From Fonticula alba ATCC 38817 (Eukaryota > Protista > Nucleariida): DNA of 41,024 nt. The translations under genes were made by a program, and so were the position numbers. The notes beneath the pieces are model-generated. The model saw nothing but the letters and a program-made list of their open reading frames with translations, had not been told where the DNA came from and did not search any database. Location of the stretch: the NCBI GenBank assembly GCA_000388065.2, contig KB932207.1; one strand, 5' to 3'. Below are positions 10,961 through 25,456 of this stretch, one piece after another (position 1 is the first letter of the stretch; each line of letters opens with the position of its first letter).

Positions 10961-11894
10961 CAAACACACCCCCCTGTCCTTGGATGATGTGGGGAGGGGG
11001 TGCGCGCGCCGGGAGGTGGCGAGAGACCGTAAGGGCAGGGGTGGGTCTCCCCTATACTCAGTTCAAGGCGCCCTCCCCAATCTCTTTATCTCCCTCTCTG
11101 TCCCCCCTCCCTTCCCATCCCCTCCCCTGGTGCTCGGGCGCTCGCGCGTGGGGGACCTGTCCTTCCATCCCATCTCCCTCCCTCTTTGGGGAACATCCTC
11201 CCCCCCCCCTCCCCGATGTGTCCCCGCGCCTCCTCTTTCCCCCGGGCGGACAGGGGGCCGGACCGCGCGCTGTCTCTCAGGGCACGGATCGGGGGGGGGG
11301 GGGGGGGGGGGCTCCCCCTCCCCCCTCTCGCCGTTTTTCCCCCTCGTTCCTCCCCCCCCCCTTTTATGCGCGCACGCGCGCACTCCAGCTGTTGCCATAT
11401 CTTCGCGCTGCACAACACCCCCCACTTCACATCTCTCCCCCTCCCCTCCCCCTACCCCCCTCCCTCTTCTCTCCGCCACTCGCGTTGCCCTCCCTCCCTC
11501 CTCTGTAAATTCCCATGCTTCCGAAATATATGTACAAATACCTACTCTCTCCTCCCCCGTGTGTGTGTGTGTGTGTGTTGTGTCGTCCTGGTCCCGCCTC
11601 CCTCGTTCTTCTGCCTGGGGATCTCTCCGTGCGTGGCCAGGGGCGAGCGAGGGGGAAGACTTTTGGGCTTTTGGATTCGCGGCTCATGGGGCCTCCCCCG
11701 CGTGTGTGCAGGGCACGTCCCCCCCCCCCCCCCCCATCAGGATGAGTATGCCATGCATGTTTGGCGACAAAGGGGCAAGACAAATGGCCGGCCGGTGAGA
11801 TGGGGTGTATTTCCTTCTCGCAGCCCTTCTCATCCCCGTCAGGACATGAAAGGAAGACATCAAGATGAGCCACCGCCCCCTGCACATGCGGCGA

Positions 11895-13236
11895 TCAAAT
11901 CATCGAGTCCAGCATGCTCTCCAGGTCGTCGAGATCCTGGGGCTTCACCGGGGCACCGATCGACCGGCCCAGAGCAAGGGCCTCCTCGGGGCTGGCCTGG
12001 CTGCTGGAGGCGGCCGGTGATGCCGGGGACACGGTCGCCGGAACTTGCGTCGGGTTGACGGGCTCCGCCGCGGGGGAGGGCGCCGGGCCCGTGGCGGCCG
12101 GCGTGTCGGCCGATGTCAAGCAGCCCGGCGTCTGTGGAGGGAGGCGAGCCAAGGCCGGACAGGAGGTGAGCACCAGGCCGGCGGAGGGCACATGCGACAA
12201 TCGCCCGAGCATCAACGCACCAGGAGACACACCGGCAGAGCGTCCGGGATGTGGGAGGGGCAAAGAGAATCCACGGCCAAGGTGGAGGGATCCTGGGCCG
12301 AGCTCGAGGCAGCCTCCTGTGGCTGCAGGGGGCAGGAGATGGGCCGCCAGTGCGGGATGCATGTATGTCAGGCACCGGAAGAAGCAGAAAGCAGGGGCCA
12401 GGCAGGGGAGCAGGCAGATGACTGGGGCGCCCCTCCAAGCGGAGGATGCATCGTATGTCGGCTGGCCGTGGGGCGGCCGGCGGGAGGGACGCACCGCCAG
12501 TGCAGGAGCCTCAATCGGCGGGAGGGCCGGGTGCAGGGCGAGCGAGCCCATGGCAGTCAGCAGGGCGGGCGGGAGCTTGGGCGGCACGCGCGTGAAGGAA
12601 TCCTTCGCCGGGGCCGGCGCAGGGGCTGCCTGCTCGGCGTGGACTCGCTGCGAGATGTCGTCCAGCAGCCCCAGGCAGGCGTCCACCGAGGAGTCTGGCC
12701 GAAGGACAAGACCTGGCCGGAGGGCCTCCAGCAGGAGAGTGTCGGCCTTCAGCCTATCCAGCACTTGGGGGTAGGTGTTGGGCACGCCATCTGGCGGGGA
12801 GGAGGCGACCGGCAGGGGCAGTGGGTCTTGCGTCAGCGCGCGAGGGCGGGGCAAAGGCAAAGGGCGCTGGCCCGAGGGGGAGGGAGGGAGAGAGAGAGGG
12901 AGAGAGAGACGCACCGTATGCGGCGAGGCCGGGCTGGTCAGGCTCCGCGAGGGCGGTGAAGACCTCCTGCAAGGAGGCAGTGCGGTTGTCGGGGCCAGAG
13001 GCAGTTGGGCTGGCAGCCGCGCCCTTCGCCGCCGAGGGCTTGCCACCACTCGAGGGCTTCTTGTCATGGCGCCGACGCCCGTGGAGGCTTGACCGGTAGC
13101 GCGAGGCACTGCGAGGGCAAAGGGACATGGGCAGTCAGTGGGCCGCCACAACAGCAGCGGCAGCATCAAAGCAGCAACAGGAGCGGGGCGCGGCGGAGGA
13201 GGCGTACTTGGCCTGCTTGAACGAGAGATCGGACAT
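11895..13236 (-). CDS. Uncharacterised 297-aa protein; C-terminus resembles that of AVEN
   Basis: Exons 13236-13208, 13108-12915, 12826-12495, 12322-12221 (alternative in-frame acceptor at 12316), 12131-11895. All donors are GTACGC/GTGCGT and frame is kept. Starts MSDLSFKQANASRYRSSLHGRRRHDKK and ends QDLDDLESMLDSMI*. The gene model is well supported; the family call is from memory only. Confidence 0.75.
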
Positions 13237-13375
13237 CGCGCGGGGCCGGGGATTGAGGGAGGCGCGAGGGCGATCTGCCGGCGGGGGGGGGTGGAGGATT
13301 GTCGGCGAGGGTGTGCGCTCGTCGCGCGTGGATGTGCGCGGTTGTCGTGCGGGCGGGGGGGGGGGGGGGGGGGGG

Positions 13376-13418
<43 letters not shown>

Positions 13419-13587
13419 GGGGGGGGTGGCGGGGCGTTCCGGAACGTCGGATGGCGGCCGGGGGGGGGGGGGGGGGAATGGGGCGCGCGATCAGCACAGG
13501 AAGAGGCTGCAGGGTGGAGCCCAGGCGTGTTGACACTCTCGGGAGCGGGATTTCTATGTGGAAAAGGGCCCACTAGATGGGTAATTC

Positions 13588-13645
13588 GTGATATTGGCTG
13601 TGATATTGGCTGTGATATTCGGTGTGATATCGGAATTGCAATTCC
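13588..13645. repeat. 4 x 12-bp tandem repeat (GTGATATTGGCT) ending in the perfect palindrome GGAATTGCAATTCC
   Basis: Units start at 13588, 13600, 13612 and 13624; the palindrome is at 13632-13645. Confidence 0.9.
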
Positions 13646-15718
13646 ACCTCCGCGGAACCCTAGTCTCGCCGTCTGTGTCTCCCTCGGCAGAGCCTTCTAG
13701 AGCAACTCCGCGCGGGGGGGGGGGCGTGTAATCCACCGGCGCCTTTGGGTCTGCGCCTTTTTTCCATCTTTTATTATCCCCGCCTCCCCCCTGGGGGGGG
13801 GGGGGGGGCGCTGTTGCTCCGAAACCCGGTGCCCAAGGCCCCTTTCGCTGGGAGGTGTTTCCCTCCCCGGCCCCGGTGCCTGGCGACGGGCCGCCACCAC
13901 CATCCTAGAACGAGTGTGTGACGGTCCGCCGGAGTGCGGTCTTCACCCCCCCCGCCCCCCCCCCCCCCCCCGAAAACCCGGGTGGCAGACTCGAATCAGT
14001 TGGTCGCTCGTCCCTGGCCCCACTTGTGCAGGCCGGCCAACCCTAGGGATTTAGGTTCCTCCGGATGTGCATACCATTTCCCATTTTTCAAATGCCCAGC
14101 CTTGTTGGCGCAAGACCGTGCACAGGGGCCGGGAGTGCCGGGGGGCGAGGGAGAAGAGAGAGGCGCTGGCGGCCGAGGCGAAGCTGGGGGCCCGGGGTGG
14201 AGGGCCTTCCCGGCTGGCGGCCCAGGTTGAGGGCAAGGGGGGTCCTGCATCATCTGGTCCTGTGCGGCGGGCGGGAGGCGGGTTGGGCCGTGTGCGGGTC
14301 AATGCGCACACCTCCTGGGCTGATGGAGGTTGCACAGGCAGGTCTTTTTCCTCAGCGCGACCGGCTCGCTGCCGGCCCCTCGCGCCAGGAGCAGCATGCC
14401 CGCCTGCGCTTGGGCCCACTAGGCGAGTTCCCGGGTCCCACACACGCACACGTTCTGCTCCGCTGGCGGGGGATGTGGGCGCCGGGGGCGGCGCGTCCGC
14501 CCGGGGGGGGGGGGGCGGGGCCCGCTTGCATGTGGATGTGGGATACCCGGCGCCCCACACAGCTGGCCTTGCGTTGTTAAACCCCTGGCCGATGTGGGCC
14601 CGGCATCCGTGGCGCGAGGCGGGGCAGACGCCCGCCGGCAGCCACACACACCCACACCGCGGGGGGCCGGGGGGCCCGTGCCTGCGTTAGACGCGCTGAC
14701 GCAAATCGCGGCCCGCGGCCGGCAGCGCGGCCCGCGCTGGGGAAGCGTTGGCTGGCCGGCCGCCGGGGCGAGGCGGCGGCGGCGGCGGCGCGAGCAAATG
14801 GTCCGCCTCGCCCCACTTGGGCTGATGGAGAGCCAGGGCGCGCGCGAGTGGGGGGCTGTTTTCCTGCCCCCCCCCCCCCCCCCCCCCCCCCCGCCCGGCT
14901 GGCCTGGCCCCCGGAGCCGGCGGGCGAGACATAAAATAAAATGGCCGCCAGCCGCCCATGCATGGGGAGGTGCCGGCGGCCGCTGGCCGGATCGCGGTGA
15001 TTATGTAACCCCCCCCCCCCCCCCCGGCTCGGGGACCTGACCCTATTTCCTGGGTGACCGGTGCCCAGTCCGCGAGAGACGGCCCAACACGAGTGTCGCC
15101 CGGCCCGGGGCAGAAAAGGGCAGACGGAAGTCACTGGACGGGCCGGCGGCGGGGCAGGGCAGAGCACGAGAGCGGGGGCGAGCGTGGCCGCGAGCCAGAC
15201 CCACGCCAGTGTCAAGTACACCGGGGCACCGGCGCGGCGGTTATGCCGTGCAGCGAGAGGGGCCGTGGCCGCGGCGGCGGTGGTAGAGACACAGCCGCCA
15301 GGGGGGGGGGGGGAGGTGACGCGCGCCAGCTGCCCGTCTGGCGCTCCTAGAGGGGGCGGCAGCACCCCAACCCCCCTGTGGGGCCAGCGGACACGTTCGG
15401 TGCGCGGCTTGCGCTGGCCAGCCGCGGGGGTCTCGACACACCGGGGGCAGGGGGTGTGTATGTGTGTGTGTGTGTGTGTGGGGGCGCGCGCCGGGTGTGG
15501 GGGGCGAGGCGGCGCAGGGCGACGGCGTCCCTCTTGCACTTTTGGTGCCTCGCGTCTCTCCGCCCCGTTCTCGCCGTCTGACTCTCTCCCTCGGGCCGGC
15601 GGCTGAAGGGTGACCATTCCGGCGCCTCCCTCCCCAGGCCCCGGCCACAGCCCTTTTTTGTTCCGTTTCGTCTGCTTTCGCCGTCCGATTTTCGCGCTCA
15701 ACAAAGGACTCCGACAAG

Positions 15719-18034
<2,316 letters not shown>

Positions 18035-20745
18035 GCGCGCGCACTCTCGCCCCGTTCCCTTGTCGCGCCTTCCCCCTCCCTCCCCTCCTCCCCTCTCTCT
18101 CCCTCCCTGTCTGCCTCCTCTCGCCCTCTCCATCCGGGGGCGGGCGGCGGGGCAGTGCAGTGCAGTGTGTGCCTGAGCGAGAGGACAGGGCAAGAGGCGG
18201 CCGGCGCTACAATAACACCGGTGCATGCCAGTTGCTCCTCCCCCTCCCCGCGCCCCCCCCCTTTCCCCTCCTCCCTGCGGGGGGAGGGACAGGCGGGGGC
18301 GGCGGGTAGGGGCCCGGACAGGGGGGCCTGGGCCGCGCCCCCGCGTGTGTGACGCGCTCCTCCCCCTCCCAGCAGGTAGTAGCACGCATGGCCCTCGACC
18401 CTCGAATGAGCAGAGTGGCGCAGCAGCGGGGGGAGAGGCGCGTGGCCGGCCGGCGGCCAGCCATGTGTGTGGTGTCTCAGCCTCCTCGCGCGCCCCTGCG
18501 CGTGCTGTGGCTGGCCATCCCCTTCCTCCCTCCTCCCCCTTGCTCTCCTCTCTCTCCCTCGTGTGTGTGTGTGGCCTGCCGTGATGTGCCTCTACACATT
18601 CGTGCACACACGCGCGCGCGCCCCCCCCACCCCCTCTCCCTGTATAACTCTCCATAGTTCTATGCTCCACACAACGAAACCCCCCCTCCTCTCCCAATAC
18701 ACGCCTATATGCGCAATATATAGCCCCCCACACGTCGGTATGCCGCGTCGTCCCCTCCATTCGCGCTCTGCCTCTGCCGCCTTCCTTTCCCGTCTGTGTG
18801 TGTGTGTGTGTATGTGTGCGCGTGCGGTTGCGCGTCCATGGGGGATCTGCTTCGAGGGGGTTCTCTCGGCTGGTGTCGCGCCGGTCGGCGTGTGTCGTGC
18901 CGGCGTCGGAGAGAGCGTCACCCCGCCGCGAGGCGTCGGGTCTGTTTTTTGGCCCTGCTTCTCGGCCAAGGGCCCACTCTCGGCTCCCGCAGCTGTGTGT
19001 GTGTGTGTGTGTGTCGAAGTCGGCGCAGCAAAAACCGCCGGGGGGCTTGCTGCCTCTCTCGTGGCAGTTGATTGCATTCTTTTGCGTCTACTCTCTCGCC
19101 CTCTGACCGCCGCCGCCGGGCTACGCCTCCCCCCCCCCCCCCCCTGGGCCGGGTCCCTCGCCCCCCCCCCCCCCCCCCCCTTTGCCAGCAGATGACGAGA
19201 GCCCTGCAACGCGCGACGCTTGAGCATGACCCCCCCTTGCAAGGCTCCAGCCCTGTTCGCAACCAAATCGGCATTCGAAATAGAACAAAAGAGAATGTCA
19301 TTCCAGGTCATTTTGCATGTGATTCACAGTCACCGGATCGCTCCTCGTGCACCACTGGACGCCCTGTCCTGGCGGCCGTGGCCATATGCTCCCCCTCCCC
19401 AGCCGTGCCGGGGCCCGCTCATGCCGCGTTCAACAGGCGCGCGACGCGCGTTTTTCCTCCGTCAGGAGCAGGCGTTCTGCCCGTCCCCCTGGCCTGCTGG
19501 AGGCGATAATTGGGGGGGGGGGGGGCGCGACGCAGGCTTCAGCTGGGCGTGGGGGGGACCGGCCCGGGGGCCACCACCATGGCCGCTGGGTAGCGATCAC
19601 CGTGGGGCCTCTGCGCGCCCGCCTCTCCCGAACGGGGTGTCCCCCCGGCGGGGCTCAATTTCTGGCCGCCTGAACGGTGGAGGGCCCCGCCGAGCCTTCA
19701 ACCGAGAGCAACAGGGCGCGAAGGAGAAGGAGGGGGGGGGAGGTGGGGGGGGGGGGCGAGGCCAACCAGACTGACCAACATGAGTGCGGCATCCCCCCCC
19801 CGCAGCCCGGCCGGGACTCGTCTCGACGTGCCCGCACACGCACTGCGGACGCGGGCCCGCGCACATACATGCACAGGGTGCGGGATATTCGCCCACCGGG
19901 GACGGAGGGGGGTCTCTGCTGCGGCGCCGCGCGCGTACACACACACACACACAGACAAGAGGGAAAACCATTTGTGTCTACATTTCCTCTCGTGACCGAG
20001 AGGAGGCTGGGGAGATTGTATTTGCAGTGTCACGGAGGAGGAGGCAGAAATCAACAAGGGCGCTGAGACTGCCCGCCCCCTCTGCGCCCCCTCCTGCCCT
20101 CCTCGTCTGCGTGCGGGCACACGGACAAACCCCTGGCGGACGCGGCGTCATTGCCAGCATCATGAGTGCCGGAGTGGGGTAGGAGGGGGGAGGGGGAGAG
20201 TAGGAGAGAAAAAAAGAAAAAAAAAGAACGAGCAGACGACGGGCGCGGCTGCGCCGTGCCTTTCCCCCCCATCCAAAGGAGAGTTGGTGTGGGGGGGGGG
20301 GGGGGAACAGGGGAGGGTTCCTCGATGTTCGCTGTGCCATGAAAGAGGAGAGGAGGAGCGGTGTGCTGGCCAAGAGAGCAGCACACCCTCGGACTCGGCT
20401 CGCTCTGTCGGGCCGCATGCGGCTAGCGCGCGCGAGTATGTGCGCGTATGTGTGTGTGTGGGGGGGGGGGGGAGGAGGAGAGGGAGGCGCGCAACTGGGG
20501 ACGAATGTGCGGCATGTGACATCCCTGTCCCCGCGCGCTGGCTGCTCTCCCACCTGCACTCGCCATCGCCTCCAGAACTATGGAGAAGAGAGGGAGGAAG
20601 AGAGAAGCAGAGAAGGGCATGTGCCTGGGGAGGGTGGGGAGGGTGGGGGGAAGCCAATTCACAAGACAAAGCGGCACAGATGCCCCCTCGCCCACTGCCC
20701 GGCGGGGTAGCACCGGCAAAAGGGCTGGCCAGGGCCGCGCGCGCC

Positions 20746-22563
20746 TTAGACGACCTTCTTCAGCCACTCCCATGCCACCAGGGCGGCGATGGTGTGCGGG
20801 GCTGTCCGGACAAGCAGCGCACCGGCGCCGCTGTACAGGCCGGCCAGGCCCTCGGTCCGGGCAATCTGCAGGCCACGGCTCATGAGGCTGGCCCCGGCGG
20901 AGGAGGACTTCTCCGCGTAGAGGCGCGTGCTGACCACATCGAGCGGGGTCATGAAGATGGATGTGAAGCAGGCGGCCGAGGCGGCGGCGATGGTGATCTC
21001 CCCCGTGGACCCCGGGGTCGGGGAGAAGCCGGCCATCGAGTCTGACCGGAGGAAGCGCAGCATCATGCCATAGCCGGCCAGCTGGGAGCAAGACCCGACG
21101 GCTGTCCGGGCGGCCGCCACATTCGATCCCTTCCAGGCGCGGGCCGTCAGGACCGCCAGGCTGGGGCGCTGCTCCGGGACGAGGGCCGGGTGATTGCCGG
21201 CAGTGCCGCTCAGGGGGGCCGGCGCCGCCGAGTAGGTCGGCGGGAAGAGCAGAGCCCGGGTATGGTGGATGAAGGACCCCGCGGCGCCAGGGGTGCTTCG
21301 AGGGCAGAAGACTGCCTGCTGGCGGGTCTTGATCAGGTAGAACGGCGAGGCCAGGAAAGAGCCAAGGCCACCGGCGCCGATCTGCATGTGTGTGTGTGTG
21401 TGTGTGCGTGTGTGGAGGGAGAAGGTGAGATGTGTGGGGCAAGCGGGCTGTACGCGCACGCGCGCGCGCGCGCGCGAGCGAGCGAGCGCGAGAGACACAG
21501 AGAGAAGAGAGGAGGGAAAAGGAGGGCAGCACGCACACTGACGACCAGGGTCACCAGGAGGGGCATCTGTGTGGCGGTGGTGGCCGACGTGTCGCCGGGC
21601 TTCGGCGGGTACAGGGTGTTGGCCACGGTATCATACATCCCCAGACGCACGCCGTTCATGACGATCTGGAACATGTATGCGGCCGAGAGGCCACGGAAGA
21701 AAGACCGGGGACCTGGCGAAGGAGACCGACAAGAGAAGGGCAGATGGGGCGGCGGTCAGCGCGCATGCTGCTGGCGGGCCTGGCAAGTGTGCGAAGAAAA
21801 GGAAAGGAAAAAAAAAGAGAAACCAACGACCGGGGAAATCGGGCGAGCGGGACATACCCTCGAGCTTGTACAGATCGCGGGCCACCGAGTACATGGTCAC
21901 CCGGGGGGTGATGGCGGTGGCCGGCGCGGCGGCCGCCGCCCCCAGCGAGGAGGCCGTCGAGCCGCGCAGGGCCACCGAGGTGGCGTTGGCCATCTGGCTG
22001 TTGGTGACAGCGGTCACCGGGGCGGCGGTGGCCGGGGGACTGGCCACCGGAGCCGCGGCCGCCGTGGTCGCCGGTGCCGGGGGGACCGCCACCGCGGACG
22101 GCTTGGCCGACGGGGCCACCCCCTTGGCCGCCTGGGCCGCCATGCCGGCCATCTGCAGGCGGACCTTGACCACCTCCAGCGGGTGGCTGATGTTGGCGGC
22201 AATGACATTGGCCACGGCGCCCAGGGCCACATGCCGCATGATGGAGGGCTGCTTGGCCTGCCCCGGGGCAGTGACGTTGGCAGCAGCAGCGGAGGTGGTG
22301 GTGGCGGCGGTGGCGGTGGCGGCGGCAGTGGTGGCCACCGCCGCCATATCGGTGCCACCGCCGACGCCGACGCCGGCGCCGCCAGCACCGCCGCTCACCA
22401 GCGGCGCCTTCATGTCGTCCAGCAACTCCGCCGGCGGGGAGATCGCGTGCGCCGGGGCAAAGTCGGTGCAGTGGTTCCCCAAGGAGCCGCCCGGGCTGGC
22501 AAGATGCCCGGCCACCAGGGTCGAAGTGCCGGCGAGGTGGGTGCCCGAATCCATGGATGCCAT
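20746..22563 (-). CDS. OAC1: Mitochondrial carrier, oxaloacetate/sulfate carrier Oac1 (SLC25A34/35) family, up to 503 aa; start codon uncertain
   Basis: Exons 22563-21858, 21712-21543, 21381-20746 (1512 nt). Carrier motifs PLEVVKVRLQ, PFYLIKTRQQ and PLDVVSTRLY, plus Oac1-like GLSAAYMFQIVMNGVRLGMYD, RTAVGSCSQL and RTAPHT. Confidence 0.88.
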
Positions 22564-23303
22564 CGGAACGGAGGAGGTGTGCGGCTCGGAGTATGCGCCT
22601 CTGCCAAAGATGGCTGTTCACATTCGAGGCCGGCCAGAGGGGGCAGAGGGGGATCGGTTAGGGCGGCGCGCGTGTGGGTGTGCGTATCGGCACTTGCGAG
22701 TGGGGGCCGTACCAGCGGTGACTGGGCGGGAAGGGGGGAGTATCGCGGGACGCGAAGGCTCACTGGTTTTTTTTTGGCGGGGAGGAGAGGGGGAGATGTT
22801 CTCGTTTGGAACAAGGGAAGGACCGAGCGGCGCCGCGGCGACCGCCATCCAGGGTCGCTGCGCTTTGTGCCTGCCCCCTCGTGCCCCCCCTCTTGCTGGC
22901 TCTCCTTTCCCCCCTGGCACGCGTCACTGTGGCGGGCGTCCCCTCGTTGGGGCCGGCTCCCTGGCTGCCGAGGCGCTCAAGCCACCGGAAGAGGGCAGAT
23001 CCGGCCGTGTGCCTGCCGTAGTAGGGGCCTGCGGTTGCGGGCGCCAGGCGGAGGGGTGTTCTCTCCCGCCCGGCCGCCCGCCCGGCGGTCCGGCGGGGTG
23101 CGCTGCCCGGCGTGCGGCCAGACCGGAGCAGGGGAAAGTCGCCCCGTGGACCGGGAGCTCTCCGTTCCGACCGAACGCCTGTGCGATGTGCCTGCACGGT
23201 GTGCCTGTGTGGCCGGTGGTCTCTAGCCGGAGTGACTCGCGCACCCTGGCTGCGCCCCCCCCCCCCCCCCGCGTCCTCGTGCGAGATGGGGGAGGGGGGC
23301 GCG

Positions 23304-23522
23304 NNNNNNNNNNNNNNNNNNNNNNNNNNNNNNNNNNNNNNNNNNNNNNNNNNNNNNNNNNNNNNNNNNNNNNNNNNNNNNNNNNNNNNNNNNNNNNNNN
23401 NNNNNNNNNNNNNNNNNNNNNNNNNNNNNNNNNNNNNNNNNNNNNNNNNNNNNNNNNNNNNNNNNNNNNNNNNNNNNNNNNNNNNNNNNNNNNNNNNNNN
23501 NNNNNNNNNNNNNNNNNNNNNN
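23304..23522. other. Assembly gap (219 N)
   Basis: N run flanked by G-rich sequence. Confidence 0.99.
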
Positions 23523-25456
23523 GGGGGGCGGGGGTGCTCCCCGCACGTCGGGGCGCCGACCAAGCCTGGGGAGAGCAACGGGAGGCCGAGCCGAGCAGAG
23601 GATGGGGGCCAACTGGGAGCTCGCCACTCGGGCGCACTGGCCCCCTTGCTGCTGAACGGGGGCGGGGGGGGGCGAGGGGGATCCTCCGCCAGTGGCGGTG
23701 TCCGCGCAAACATCTGGCACCGCTCCCCTCGCTGGCCCGGGAAATCGAGAATTGGTGGGTATGTGCTTCGCATGCGCGCCTCGCACGGCTACCCGGGGAG
23801 GTCAGCCGGGCGCACGCACGACGCCCCCGGCCCACGGCCATGCTGACGGCCCGCCCCGCCCCGGCCCGCCCCGGCCCGCCCCCCGGGACCCTACGCACCG
23901 GGGGGCACCCCCCCCCCGCCCGCCGTGCCCCAGCACCCTGCCTCTCGCCAAAGGCCCCCCGCCCCCCCCGCGCCCGTGTGTGGTGTCCCGCCATACAGGC
24001 GGGCGCGTCCGAGCGCCGAGGCGCGCGCCCAGTCCCCGCGCCAAGCGGAGAACGTCTGACACATATCGATCCCAGATTCGATGCCAATGGCGGGTGTATC
24101 TCTTCGGCCCCGGAGCCCCCGAGGCCAGGAGGGCGGGCCGGCCACGGCAGACGGGCCTGGCGCCGCCTGGCGCGCCGCACGAGCTTGCGACTGCGCACCT
24201 CCGCCCGCGCCCTTGCGCGCTCGGCCAGACGCCGCAATGCCGCATGCAGCTGGTGGCCTGAGCGCCCCTATCCTCCCCCCCCCGGCCCCCCCCCCTGGGG
24301 CAGGCGGCGGGAGGTGGCTTACCGCAGAATTTGGCCGGCTTATCTCGCCGCCGGTGGCCGTGGACGCGCCCACCCCAGCACCCCCGGGTTTCATGTGTGC
24401 CCCACCTCTCTCTGCCTCGTCAAGCCTCATTGCCCGCCCACCAAACGGCACGCTGCCACGCCTTTGTCCCCACTCGACGAGTGGGGGAGAGAGAGAGAGA
24501 GGGGCGGGGGAGAAGGACACCGGACGCGCATGCCCACCAGGGATGGCCTCGATTGTGTGTGTGTGTGCGCACACGCATGTACCCCCGCCCGGCTTTTGGG
24601 GCGCGTCCTCAGGCGAGCGCCGGGCGCCTGCGTGCCGGGGGGGGGGGGGGCCGAAAAACAGCCGGCCCGCTGGAATTTCTCCCGCCCCTTCCCCCCACAT
24701 GCCCCGCGTCTCGGTCCTGCAACGTTGCGAGCCTGTAACCGGCCACAAACGGGGTGGGGGCACCCCCCCCCCCAGCCGGCGTTCTTCCCCTCCGGGCCCC
24801 CAGGGGGGCGAGGGAACGCGGTGCGTGAGCGGCGTCGTGTTCTTCTCCATCAACGGGCCGGGGTCACATTGGGCCGAACGGGGGCGGCGGGGGGGGGGTA
24901 TTATTGTGCGATTTTTCGCCAGCGTTGCCCTCTCCCCTTGGCCCCGGCCGCGGCTCTCTCCCAACACAAGACGGGCTCATCATTGGTGGGCATCTCACCC
25001 GAAAGATCGGCAGGCCGGCGGGGGGGGGGGGGGAGGCGGGCTGGCGAACGACGCCCACACACGAGCATAGCCCGGGGGCGGGGGGGGGGGACTGACAAGC
25101 ACGACAGCCGGCGGCTGTGGCGGTGGCGCAGCGGTGCCGCGCGCCGCGGCCGGTCCACCGGCGCACCGCGTTCCCCCGAATAGCGCCCCTGGGGGCAGGG
25201 CAGGGGCGCCAGGCCTCGGGTTTCGGGGGAGCGGCATGGGCCGATGTGCCGGAGGCGCACCGGGCCCGCTCGCTTCGGGGCCCGGGGCCGACGCGTTGCG
25301 CCCCGCCTCGAACATATTTCCTCGCCCCCGGCGCTCGGGTTCCCTCCCCCCCCGCGTCTTCGGGGGCCGGTGGCTGCGCTCCCCGAAGACGTGGGGGTTC
25401 GACGCGCGTGCCACTTCCCCCCCCCCTTGGGAGGGAGCTTCGGTCTGGACAGGCCA

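Noticed and set aside
13588-13645. CRISPR-like interpretation of the 12-bp repeats
   Set aside because: The repeats are directly adjacent with no spacers, too short, and in a eukaryotic context with no cas genes.
23130-23151. AGGGGAAAGTCGCCCCGTGGAC resembling RNase MRP CR-I
   Set aside because: It has a 2-nt insertion in the conserved box and no visible CR-V partner. The downstream region is an N gap, so it cannot be supported (an Infernal RF00030 search after gap closure would settle it).
25390-25412. GGTTCGA T-loop-like motif
   Set aside because: No T stem, D arm or acceptor stem, so not a tRNA.
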